From Bacilli bacterium (GTDB lineage: Bacteria > Bacillota_I > Bacilli_A > RFN20 > CAG-288): DNA of 34,049 bases. Shown here in pieces: positions 1 to 7,935 of this stretch; positions within the stretch are counted from its first letter, which is position 1; every line of letters begins with the position of its first letter. The notes beneath the pieces are model-generated. The model ran no database searches. It saw only the letters and a program-made list of their open reading frames with translations, and had not been told where the DNA came from. The DNA lies in assembly GCA_022774485.1 (NCBI GenBank), contig JALFLX010000001.1, positions 1 to 34,049 on the forward strand, written 5' to 3'. Made by a program: the position numbers and the translations under genes.

Positions 1-1
1 G

Positions 2-157
2 ATCAGATCCTATGTCTTCTGCCCCTACACCCTTGTCAAAGACCACAGGAGCGAATATTCTGAAGCTGGGGTTCAATCTGTCATGGATGGAAATATCAAA
101 GGCTTCATCGACGCCTATCTCAAATGGGACTTCCAGAGAAATCATCCCAAGAAATAA
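2..157 (+). CDS. prfB: Peptide chain release factor 2, C-terminal end (partial; gene starts upstream of window)
   Basis: Frame 2 is open from the window edge to TAA 155-157. It is absent from the ORF track because it has no in-window start. The translation [51 protein letters not shown] matches the conserved RF2 C-terminal tail (IRSYVF-PY--VKDHRT...AVMDG-ID-FIDAYL, as I recall it from Bacillus PrfB). The stop abuts the next ATG (TAAATG). Confidence 0.8.
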   Translation: MRSYVFCPYTLVKDHRSEYSEAGVQSVMDGNIKGFIDAYLKWDFQRNHPKK

Positions 158-1312
158 ATGCCTATGGAAAAAATCAAAAAATGGTTTCATAAGCAGAAAG
201 AGATTCTGCATCACGAGTTGACCCAAGAACCGCCGATCAAAATCATCAAGAATTTCGCTTTCATCATCTTAGGAGCAATGCTTGTCGCCTTCGGTGACGG
301 CTTCTTCCTCCTCAGAATGAACATCATCGCCGGTGGTGTCTCTTCAATCGCCTTACTTGTCTACCGTATCCCAGGTTTCAACGTCATCCCCTTAAACATC
401 TATGTCATGATCATCACCTGGACATTCTTCTTCCTCGGTTTGTTGCTACTCGGTGTGAAATACGCCTTCCACACTCTGCTCTACACCATATTCTACCCTC
501 TCTTTACCATGTTCTTTACTTTCCTAATCGATGTCACTGTCATCAATGGATGTCATATCCTAGACATCGCACAATTAGGAAAAGATATCCAATTATCAAA
601 TGGTGTCATCCCCTTTGCAGGGAATGAATCTGCCATGTTGTTACTCGCTTACTTCGTCGCCGCGTTGCTCGGTGGATTGATCATCGGCTCTGGTATCGGT
701 ATGACACTCTCCGGCGGAGGATCCTCAGGAGGAACCGATGTCATCAACCTTCTCGCCAACAAATATCTCCACATCAAAGTCGGAACATCCTCCTTCATCG
801 TAGATGCTTCCTTAATCACCATCGGTTTCTTCGTCAACGGAAACAACCTCCTAGCGACCCTCGTCGGCTTGATCGCTGCGATGCTCTGCTCCATCATGAT
901 CGACCGTGTCTTCTTAGGAAATAACCAATATTACTTAGCGATGATTGTCTCTGAAAAATGGAGTGAAATCAACAACTTCATCACCAGAGAATTAGGAAGA
1001 GGATCGACTCTCGTCACCGCGAGAGGTGGTTACACCTTAAAAGACTCTGTTGTCTTAGAAGTCTGCTTTGATAGACTCGACTACAACATCATTAGAGAAT
1101 CCATCAACACCTTTGATCCTGATGCCTTTGTCATGATTATGCAAACCAAAGAGATCCTCGGCTACGGATTCAGTCGAAACACCCCTCAAAGCGATAAAGA
1201 GATCAACGATATTCCTGTCACCGAGACAAGAAAACTTGTCTCCAAAGCCAGAGCGAAGAGAAAAAACACCTTCAAAGAAGAGATCCCTGGTGAAACAACT
1301 GAGAAGAATTGA
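158..1312 (+). CDS. YitT-family integral membrane protein with C-terminal DUF2179-like domain
   Basis: 384-aa ORF with multiple hydrophobic helices. It has the GGGSSGGTDV motif typical of the YitT family and a soluble C-terminal domain (STLVTARGGYT...VCFDRLDYNIIRESINTFDPDAFVMIM). The ATG directly follows the prfB stop. Confidence 0.85.
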   Translation: MPMEKIKKWFHKQKEILHHELTQEPPIKIIKNFAFIILGAMLVAFGDGFFLLRMNIIAGGVSSIALLVYRIPGFNVIPLNIYVMIITWTFFFLGLLLLGVKYAFHTLLYTIFYPLFTMFFTFLIDVTVINGCHILDIAQLGKDIQLSNGVIPFAGNESAMLLLAYFVAALLGGLIIGSGIGMTLSGGGSSGGTDVINLLANKYLHIKVGTSSFIVDASLITIGFFVNGNNLLATLVGLIAAMLCSIMIDRVFLGNNQYYLAMIVSEKWSEINNFITRELGRGSTLVTARGGYTLKDSVVLEVCFDRLDYNIIRESINTFDPDAFVMIMQTKEILGYGFSRNTPQSDKEINDIPVTETRKLVSKARAKRKNTFKEEIPGETTEKN

Positions 1313-1339
1313 TTCTTAATCTAACTCAATCATATTATT

Positions 1340-1383
1340 AGAACAGCAAGAAGTGTATCATCCACAGACTGCTGTTCTTTTTT
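1340..1383 (+). terminator. Rho-independent terminator after the YitT gene
   Basis: AGAACAGCA (1340-1348) pairs with TGCTGTTCT (1370-1378), a 9-bp stem with a 21-nt loop, followed by TTTTT (1379-1383). Confidence 0.7.
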
Positions 1384-1582
1384 ATAGAAAAAGGCTATCT
1401 TTCACTTTTATCAAGAAAAACAATTTCATATCAGGGATAAGCTCGGAAGTCATCTCCAACTTTCCGAGATAATTGTGCGCTTTTGAAAACAAATTTACCA
1501 TTTCCGCATCTATTTCGATTTCAGAAAATGACGGTAACGGATTTGGTCTATACGCTTTGTAACCGACAATACTGCTAATCAA
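1382..1582 (-). pseudogene. Remnant of a Fic-family gene (first ~60 codons of the Fic N-terminal domain only)
   Basis: 66-codon ORF with a TTG start. GYKAYRPNPLPSFSEIEIDAEMVNLFSKAHNYLGKLEMTSELIPDMKLFFLIKVKDS resembles the N-terminal domain of Fic/DOC proteins (PxxLPP...A...L..L......IPN...L......KD-SS-IE). Reading stops inside the KDSS-IE region, and the Fic core (HPFxxGNG) is absent. The ORF runs into the YitT terminator. Confidence 0.55.
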
Positions 1583-1655
1583 TCAAAAGAAGAGGTTTCT
1601 TCTTTGTAAATCTTTGTAATGTCAAAGAACTATTTTCGCTATTCTTTCTAAGTTA

Positions 1656-1664
1656 TGAGATAAT
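1656..1664 (+). promoter_or_regulatory. Extended -10-like box (TGAGATAAT) 8 nt upstream of the ABC exporter ATG
   Basis: TGAGATAAT, then TGAATCGC, then ATG(1673). There is no Shine-Dalgarno between them. Confidence 0.4.
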
Positions 1665-1672
1665 TGAATCGC

Positions 1673-3406
1673 ATGAAAAAGACAAAGAATCCAAAAAGAA
1701 TATCCACATACTTTTCAAAAGAAATCCCGCTGTTAGTTTTCATCACGCTCAGCGGTATTCTGTATAATTTCGGTCTTCTTTTCGCACCGTTTTTCCAAGG
1801 AAAAATGATTGATTCCATAAAGGATCAACTGCCTTTTTTAGATGTTGTTTCCTTGATTCTCATCTTCTTAGGTTCCATTCTCTTTGTCCAAGTGTTTCGA
1901 ATCGTGAAAAGATACACGGTCAGGGAATTTGCAAATAGAACGGTGAAGAGAATCCGTCATACGCTCTATGACAATATTCTTCATAAATCATTAAAAGACT
2001 TAGAAAAAGAAGAAATCGGTGGAAATCTATCCCTCATTTTTTATGATGTCTCACAAGCGGTAGAGGGTATGAGAAAACTGACTACGGAAATCTTTGATAC
2101 TGTCTTTGTCTTTCTTTTCTATATTGTCTATCTGATGATGTTCTCTGTGAAAATCACATCGATATCGCTTCTTCCGATCGCGCTTTCTATCCTTTTGGCG
2201 TTCCTCTTACGAAAGCAGATTTATCGAAGCAGCAAAAGAAGCAAAGAACTTCACGCAATACTAACGGAAAAAACTTATGACCTTTTTGAGAACAGTGTCA
2301 CCTATCGGCTTAACAACAGAGAGGAAGACTTCCTCAACGATTATGATGAGACCTTATCTCAGTACGAAAAAGCAAACTTTAAGACATTAGCTCTCACTGA
2401 TACCTTAGTTCCGCTCTGTAATCTGATCGCATTAACCTCTATCGTTCCGATTCTTCTTTTATCAATACCGCTTGCGATTGAAGAAGCACCTCTTTCTATT
2501 CCTCTTGTAAACATCCAAGAGACTTGGACTCTCGGCGCTTTCTCAACTTATCTCTCCACCTTTATTCTCTTAGCGTCCAAAGCAAGTCACACAGCAAATC
2601 TCTTCTCTTCTATTCAGAAAGGATTGTCCTCTTGGAAGAGAATCGAACCGAAGATTCAAGACACTGCTCCTTTTTCAAAGGCAATCTCAGTCAAAGGAGA
2701 TTGTCTTCTCTTGGAAAACTTTTCTCTCAAGACTGAAGAGAGAACATTAATTGAACCGATTTCTCTTTCAATAGAAAAAGGAATGATTGTCGGTATCACA
2801 GGAAAGATTTCCTGTGGAAAAAGCGCCCTGTTAAAAGCACTTTTAAATCGTTTCCCGTATGAAGGAAAGATTATTCTCTTTGGAAAAGATCTTTCTTCCT
2901 ACACGGAAGAAGAACTTGCAGGAACTATTTCCTATCTCGGACACCAGCCTAAGTTATTCACAAGAACCATTCGAGAGAATATCGCATTCTCTAAAGAGAA
3001 AGATGTCAAAGAGATCTTAACGAGAGTGCAGTTTGATGAGGACTTACAAGAGATGAAAGAGAAAGAAGATACCATAGTCGGACAGGAGGGAGTCAAACTC
3101 TCGGGTGGTCAAGCGCAGAGAATCGCACTCGCTCGCACTCTCTATGACAAAAAAGACCTCATCCTGTTAGATGATCCCTTCTCTGCTGTGGATGAGAAGA
3201 CAGAGGCAAGACTCTTTGATGAGATTGCAAAAGAAAAAGAGAACCGAATCATCCTCATGACCTCCCACCGCTTAAAACAGTTTGACAAGTGTAATCTTGT
3301 CATCGTGTTTGAAGAGGATGGAAAACTGAGTGTAGGAAAACACGAAGAAGTGAAAAACAATTCTCCTTTTTATCAGACATTGCTTCAGAAAGGAGAAGAA
3401 CGATGA
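1673..3406 (+). CDS. ABC exporter subunit (fused permease + ATPase) carrying the degenerate nucleotide-binding site
   Basis: N-terminal six-helix TMD plus a C-terminal NBD. Walker A is GKISCGKS, the signature is LSGGQAQR, and the H-loop is TSHR. Walker B is LILLDDP, so Asp replaces the catalytic Glu. I prefer ATG at 1673; the ORF track starts at TTG 1664. The stop overlaps the next gene's start (ATGA at 3403-3406). Confidence 0.9.
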   Translation: MKKTKNPKRISTYFSKEIPLLVFITLSGILYNFGLLFAPFFQGKMIDSIKDQLPFLDVVSLILIFLGSILFVQVFRIVKRYTVREFANRTVKRIRHTLYDNILHKSLKDLEKEEIGGNLSLIFYDVSQAVEGMRKLTTEIFDTVFVFLFYIVYLMMFSVKITSISLLPIALSILLAFLLRKQIYRSSKRSKELHAILTEKTYDLFENSVTYRLNNREEDFLNDYDETLSQYEKANFKTLALTDTLVPLCNLIALTSIVPILLLSIPLAIEEAPLSIPLVNIQETWTLGAFSTYLSTFILLASKASHTANLFSSIQKGLSSWKRIEPKIQDTAPFSKAISVKGDCLLLENFSLKTEERTLIEPISLSIEKGMIVGITGKISCGKSALLKALLNRFPYEGKIILFGKDLSSYTEEELAGTISYLGHQPKLFTRTIRENIAFSKEKDVKEILTRVQFDEDLQEMKEKEDTIVGQEGVKLSGGQAQRIALARTLYDKKDLILLDDPFSAVDEKTEARLFDEIAKEKENRIILMTSHRLKQFDKCNLVIVFEEDGKLSVGKHEEVKNNSPFYQTLLQKGEER

Positions 3407-5094
3407 AACAACCGATTTCTCACTTTCTCGCTTCCTTTGTGAAACGTCATCTCTTTCTTCTTTTCTCCTTATGTCTTTTGATTGTCCTTGTTGCGCTTTG
3501 TGATCTTCTTCCCTCCTTTGTTTTACGCTACATCATCGATCAAGACCTCTCTGTCACAAGCGGTTCTATCTCTACTGACAAGATTATTCTTGATGCCTTA
3601 TGGATGTTTGCAAGTTATCTCTTTATCGCTCTTTTCTCTGGCATTCAAAACATTCTTCTTGATTCCTTTGGACAGAAGATGATTCATTCGCTCCGCATCC
3701 AGATGATGAGAAAAGCAAGCAGGATGAAATATTCCTATCATGTCAACCACGGCAAAGGAGAACTCACTTCCAAAGTGATGGATGATGTCAACGCCATTGA
3801 GACTCTCTTTGCCAGCGGATTGATCTCTTTATTTGTCTCTATCTTCAAAGTGCTCGGTATTTTAATTTCCATCTTTATCTTCTCTTGGAGTTTAGGATTA
3901 TTCCTCTTAGCTTTGATTCCATTGATTTACCTCATCACAAGAATATTCCAAAAGAAAATGCAAAAGAACCACGCCAAGAATCAACAAGCGCTCAACAAGC
4001 TAAACAACAGAGTGAGTGAATCCTTAAACAACATCGATGTCATCTTATCTCACAAAAAAGAAACCTATGAAGAGAATAACTTCGATTCTCTCTTAGAAGA
4101 AAGCTATCACCTCAGGATGAAAACAGCGTTCTTTGATTCTGTCTATTCTCCTTGTATCCAGATGCTCAAAGCATTCACCATCGGTGTGATCACTATCCTA
4201 GTATCCTATGGATTACAAACTTCAGAAATCGCATTCTTAGGAATCACCGTCGGAACTTTTGCCGCCTCTATCAACCTTGTGAGCAACCTCTTCTCTCCAA
4301 TAGAAACGATCGGTATGGAGATGGAAAGCATGCAAGAAGGAATATCCGGCATGAAAAGAGTCAACCAATTCTTAAACGAAGAGGAAGAAGTTCAAAAAGA
4401 AAACATAGAAAAGAAAGATCTCAAAGAAAATGTTCCTCTGATTGAAATCAAGAACCTTTCTTATCACTACGATGATTCTATAGAGCTCATCTTCAACGAC
4501 ACCTCTCTAATCATCCAGAAAGGCTCTCAAGTCGCTTTCCAGGGAAGAACAGGTGCAGGGAAAACAACGCTGTTTCGACTCTTAACTGGACTTGTAGAAC
4601 CGAGCTCTGGAAGCATCAAAATCTGTGGAATAGAAGCGAAAAAGATTCCCTCCTCGTTAAAGAGTGAACTCTTTGGATACGTGAGCCAAGGCTTTCAAAA
4701 AGTCCCAGGAACAATCAAAGATCAAATCACCTTAAAAGATCCCTCAATCACACAAGAGCAGGTGGAAAAAGCGATGAAGCAAGTCTTCCTCGATGACTAT
4801 GTGAAAAACGAAATCAAAGGTGGATACGACCAGAAATTTGAAGAGAATCTCTTCTCAAGAGGACAGCTTCAACTCCTCTCTTTCGCACGCGCAATTGTCA
4901 AAGATCCTGAAATTCTTCTTTTAGATGAAATCAGCGCAAATCTCGATACTGACAGCGAGAAAAAACTTCTCTTAGCAATTCAGAATTTAAAAGACAAGAA
5001 AACTGTCTTATGCATCTCTCATAGACTCAATGAGGCACTCTCCTTCTCCAGTGTCATCAGCGTAGAAAATCAGAAACTGAACCCTCAGAAATAA
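3403..5094 (+). CDS. ABC exporter subunit (fused permease + ATPase), consensus-site partner
   Basis: TMD plus NBD. Walker A is GRTGAGKTT, Walker B is ILLLDEIS with the catalytic Glu present, and the H-loop is ISHR. The signature motif is degenerate (FSRGQLQL instead of LSGGQ). It is translationally coupled to the upstream subunit. Confidence 0.9.
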   Translation: MKQPISHFLASFVKRHLFLLFSLCLLIVLVALCDLLPSFVLRYIIDQDLSVTSGSISTDKIILDALWMFASYLFIALFSGIQNILLDSFGQKMIHSLRIQMMRKASRMKYSYHVNHGKGELTSKVMDDVNAIETLFASGLISLFVSIFKVLGILISIFIFSWSLGLFLLALIPLIYLITRIFQKKMQKNHAKNQQALNKLNNRVSESLNNIDVILSHKKETYEENNFDSLLEESYHLRMKTAFFDSVYSPCIQMLKAFTIGVITILVSYGLQTSEIAFLGITVGTFAASINLVSNLFSPIETIGMEMESMQEGISGMKRVNQFLNEEEEVQKENIEKKDLKENVPLIEIKNLSYHYDDSIELIFNDTSLIIQKGSQVAFQGRTGAGKTTLFRLLTGLVEPSSGSIKICGIEAKKIPSSLKSELFGYVSQGFQKVPGTIKDQITLKDPSITQEQVEKAMKQVFLDDYVKNEIKGGYDQKFEENLFSRGQLQLLSFARAIVKDPEILLLDEISANLDTDSEKKLLLAIQNLKDKKTVLCISHRLNEALSFSSVISVENQKLNPQK

Positions 5095-5709
5095 TCAGAA
5101 GATCTTGTTTTTCACAATCTCTCCTGTCTCTCTATATAAGTCGAGATAATACTGAATCCGGAAGCCGAAAACAACAGTGGTCACAACTACGATCACCATA
5201 CAAGAAGCCATAATAATCCCTGTGATTCTCAGTGTTTTTGTCATTCTCTCATCGCTCAGTTTGTCTTTCATTTTTTCATAGATGAGACAAGTGATAACAA
5301 TCCCGATTGAATATAAAATCACATCTGAGATTTGAAACGCTCCTAAATACGTAAACCACTGAATCAACTCCGTCATAAGAAAAAGGAGAAACATCGATGA
5401 GATTGTAATCCATAATCTCTTTTTCTTCTTTTCCTCCCGTAATAGATGAAGAACAACCAACGTGATTGGCACTGCATAGAAAGGTCCTGAAATAATCGAG
5501 ACAACTTCGACAAAACTACCCCATAATGATTTCTTGAGAAAAGGATCCAAAGACGCTTGGAAGGGAATCCATTCAAAAACTCTTCCTAACGCATATCTTT
5601 TCACGACACTGTTTGCTAAAAAACCGCAGTGGACCAATAATAACCACTCGAGAATAATCAGATAAAGGACAAAATTGATCCATAGCTGCTTGTTGATTTT
5701 TTCTTTCAT
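5095..5709 (-). CDS. VanZ-like membrane protein (tentative)
   Basis: 204 aa with about 5 TM helices. The pattern FEWIPF ... GPFYAVP ... TELIQWF-(8)-ISDVILYSIG resembles the VanZ family layout (N-x-PF ... E..Q ... D..N..G). Its stop (TGA, 5095-5097) abuts the ABC stop (TAA, 5092-5094). Confidence 0.5.
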   Translation of the reverse strand: MKEKINKQLWINFVLYLIILEWLLLVHCGFLANSVVKRYALGRVFEWIPFQASLDPFLKKSLWGSFVEVVSIISGPFYAVPITLVVLHLLREEKKKKRLWITISSMFLLFLMTELIQWFTYLGAFQISDVILYSIGIVITCLIYEKMKDKLSDERMTKTLRITGIIMASCMVIVVVTTVVFGFRIQYYLDLYRETGEIVKNKIF

Positions 5710-5715
5710 ATTTAA

Positions 5716-5724
5716 AGTATATCA
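5716..5724 (-). promoter_or_regulatory. Extended -10 box (TGATATACT) 6 nt upstream of the VanZ-like ATG
   Basis: The minus strand reads TGATATACT-TTAAAT-ATG (ATG at 5709-5707). No SD is present. Confidence 0.4.
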
Positions 5725-5750
5725 ATTCTAACGAAAAAATTTATCGATAG

Positions 5751-5778
5751 AAAAGCCGGCAGGAGTCATCCTACCGGC
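5751..5778 (-). terminator. Rho-independent terminator of the lipoprotein gene
   Basis: The minus strand reads GCCGGTAGGA-TGAC-TCCTGCCGGC followed by TTTT. This is a 10-bp stem with one U-G wobble. On the plus strand that position is a C-A mismatch, which favours minus-strand function. Confidence 0.65.
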
Positions 5779-5805
5779 AATTTGATTTTCTCTTAAGATA
5801 TCGGA

Positions 5806-6477
5806 TTAGTAGTTTCTAGGCTTCCACTTTTCGATTGTGGAGATTTCTTTTTTCAATGTCTCAACCATCTGTTTGACATCGATGACACCGTGACGAGCAA
5901 GACGTTCTACTTGAAATCTCGCATCATAGCTATCTGCAAACTTGGTGAAATATTCGATGGATTGATTGCACGCAGTTAAAGCATCCTGTCTGAAGGATTC
6001 CTCTTGAGAGTCATTGTATCTTCTGAGCATGAGAGCAGCTTCGATGTGATAAGCGTAGAAACCGGAAAGATAACCGAGAGTCTCCTGATCAAGAACAATG
6101 TTGTAAAGCTCTTTTGCAGTCTCAGGATTGACACTTTCTTTTAAGGAAGGAATCATCTCAGCAAGCTCTAAGCCTCCGTACATCAATCCGACACGGTCAC
6201 CACCTGTGATCGTGATATCCTTTCCGCTCACAGTGATTCCATACGCTTGTTCTTCATACTGAGCGCTATCTTCCTTTAACGTGATGGTATAATCCGCTTT
6301 TCCATCCGTAAATCTGATGTTGTTTCTCTCAAAAGATTTTTTGATTTCATCGATTGCAAAAGCAGCAGTTCCCTCTTCTCCTTCGGAAACAATAGAAACA
6401 GTAGGTCCTTTTTTTCCACAGCCCGTCATAATACTGAGCCCAAAAAGAGCTGCCGATAACAAATTAACCTTTTTCAT
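5806..6477 (-). CDS. Lipoprotein of unknown function
   Basis: Signal peptide plus lipobox: MKKVNLLSAALFGLSIMTG-C. The N-terminal half (AAFAIDEIKKSF...EQAYGITVSGKDITITGGDRVGLMYGGLELAEMI) resembles the small non-catalytic N-domain found in front of GH20/GH67/GH115-type glycosidases. No catalytic barrel follows, only about 100 aa of helical sequence. Confidence 0.65.
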   Translation of the reverse strand: MKKVNLLSAALFGLSIMTGCGKKGPTVSIVSEGEEGTAAFAIDEIKKSFERNNIRFTDGKADYTITLKEDSAQYEEQAYGITVSGKDITITGGDRVGLMYGGLELAEMIPSLKESVNPETAKELYNIVLDQETLGYLSGFYAYHIEAALMLRRYNDSQEESFRQDALTACNQSIEYFTKFADSYDARFQVERLARHGVIDVKQMVETLKKEISTIEKWKPRNY

Positions 6478-6537
6478 ATATATTTATAATTCCTTCCTAA
6501 GCGTTATTTTAAGAACTGATTACCTTATTCTCATTTG

Positions 6538-6551
6538 CATTTCGCGAAATG
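6538..6551. promoter_or_regulatory. Perfect 14-bp palindrome CATTTCGCGAAATG (candidate operator)
   Basis: Self-complementary 14-mer in the 322-bp divergent lipoprotein/prs intergenic region. It lies about 60 bp upstream of the lipoprotein ATG, next to a plausible -35/-10 pair (ATGAGA-N17-TAAAAT on the minus strand). Confidence 0.35.
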
Positions 6552-6799
6552 AAAGAATACTTCGCAAGATGTACTTTCTTAACATCAAAATAGTTTTGCC
6601 CTTATCATCCACATCAGAATCTCAGGAGACAATTCTGTGATTTTCTATTTTGATTACATGGAAATAATCGACAACTTGTTCTCATTTTCTACGAAAACGA
6701 CATCCCAATTAAAATGGTTTAACAACTAGATAAAATCGGCGGTTTTTGTTTTTATTCTCGCTTAGTTGTTGTAAACTAATATTTGTTTTGGAGGTAATC

Positions 6800-7777
6800 A
6801 TGAAGCTTGATCAAAATGCCGTGATCTTTGCCTTAAGCGCAAATAAAGATCTTGCAGCGAAGGTTTGTGAGAAGTTAGGTACGAAACTCAGTGATGTCCA
6901 TCTAGCCAAATTCCCGTCAAAAGAAGTGCTTGCCTGTCCGATTGATACTGTCCGTGGTAAAAAAGTATTTATCATCCAGTCTACTTGTCCCCCTGTCAAC
7001 GATACCTTGATGGAAGTTTTGATTTTCATCGATTCGTTGCGCAGAGCTTCCGCTGGAGAAATCAATGTCATCATCCCGTATTTTGGTTATGCGAGACAAG
7101 ACCGCAAATCCAAACCGAGAGAACCGATTTCTTCGAAATTAGTCGCTGATCTCTTAGTCACCGCTGGTGCACATCGTGTTATCACTTTCGATTTACACGC
7201 CGCTCAGATTCAAGGATTCTTCTCTTGCTTAGAGGATGACATCTCTGCGATTCCGCTTTTAGGACACACAATCCTCAAAGACAAAGACATCGACAAGAAG
7301 AATCTTGTCACTGTCAGCCCTGATCACGGTGGAGTCAACCGTGCAAGAAAGATCGCTGAGAAGCTCAACACTCCGATCGCGATCATCGATAAGAGAAGAA
7401 ACAGCAAATATCAGCCTGAAGTTATGAACATCATCGGTGAAGTCAATGGAAAAGACTGCATCATCATCGATGATATGATCGACACTGCTGGAAGCGCAGT
7501 GGCTGCTGCCAAAGCCTTAAGAGGAGCTGGTGCGAAGAAAATCTTCATGGCCGTCACTCATCCTGTCTTATCTGATCCTGCATATGAGAGACTCTCTGAG
7601 AGCAAAGCATTCAATAAACTTATCGTCACTGACTCTATTCCATTGGAGCCTCGCTTCATAGAAAATAAGGACCTCAACATCGAAGTTGTCTCCTTAGCAA
7701 ACATCATCGCCTCTGCTATCATCAACATCTCTCAGAATGTCTCTGTCTCTGAGATTTACGATCAGTATTCTGACTGA
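6800..7777 (+). CDS. prs: Ribose-phosphate pyrophosphokinase (PRPP synthetase)
   Basis: MKLDQNAVIFALSANKDLA..., DLHAAQIQGFF, and the PRPP-binding loop CIIIDDMIDTAGS. GGAGG lies 5 nt upstream of ATG 6800. The ORF-track start at 6746 has no RBS and adds a non-homologous extension. Confidence 0.95.
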   Translation: MKLDQNAVIFALSANKDLAAKVCEKLGTKLSDVHLAKFPSKEVLACPIDTVRGKKVFIIQSTCPPVNDTLMEVLIFIDSLRRASAGEINVIIPYFGYARQDRKSKPREPISSKLVADLLVTAGAHRVITFDLHAAQIQGFFSCLEDDISAIPLLGHTILKDKDIDKKNLVTVSPDHGGVNRARKIAEKLNTPIAIIDKRRNSKYQPEVMNIIGEVNGKDCIIIDDMIDTAGSAVAAAKALRGAGAKKIFMAVTHPVLSDPAYERLSESKAFNKLIVTDSIPLEPRFIENKDLNIEVVSLANIIASAIINISQNVSVSEIYDQYSD

Positions 7778-7797
7778 TTCATTCCAAAAAAATCACA

Positions 7798-7841
7798 AGC
7801 GCTGTCAAAGACAATACTCTGTTGTCAAACAGCGCTTTTTT
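7798..7841 (+). terminator. Rho-independent terminator after prs
   Basis: AGCGCTGT (7798-7805) pairs with ACAGCGCT (7829-7836), followed by TTTTT (7837-7841). Confidence 0.8.
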
Positions 7842-7916
7842 CATGTTACATTCACGCTTTTTTTGTAACCATTTCAGCATATTTCTTATAAAACATCGGA
7901 AACGAAAGAAAAGAGT

Positions 7917-7925
7917 TGATACAAT
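7917..7925 (+). promoter_or_regulatory. Extended -10 box (TGATACAAT) 10 nt upstream of the DUF2238-like gene ATG
   Basis: TGATACAAT-TATTTCCGCA-ATG(7936). No SD is present. Confidence 0.4.
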
Positions 7926-7935
7926 TATTTCCGCA

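Noticed and set aside
12-221. 69-aa ORF at the left edge
   Set aside because: It has no recognisable features. The prfB C-terminal reading frame (frame 2) and the YitT gene explain this DNA.
6317-6640. 107-aa plus-strand ORF spanning the lipoprotein start and spacer, plus similar shadow ORFs (4152-4445, 8945-9298, 13607-13966, 18995-19237, 20472-20741, 23341-23652)
   Set aside because: All are nested in, or antisense to, strongly supported genes. They lack RBSs and have low-complexity or Cys/Arg-rich compositions typical of non-coding frames.
6658-6729. 23-codon ORF (MEIIDNLFSFSTKTTSQLKWFNN) in the prs leader as a possible leader peptide
   Set aside because: It has no SD, no run of regulatory codons, and no alternative terminator/antiterminator pairing that I can see.
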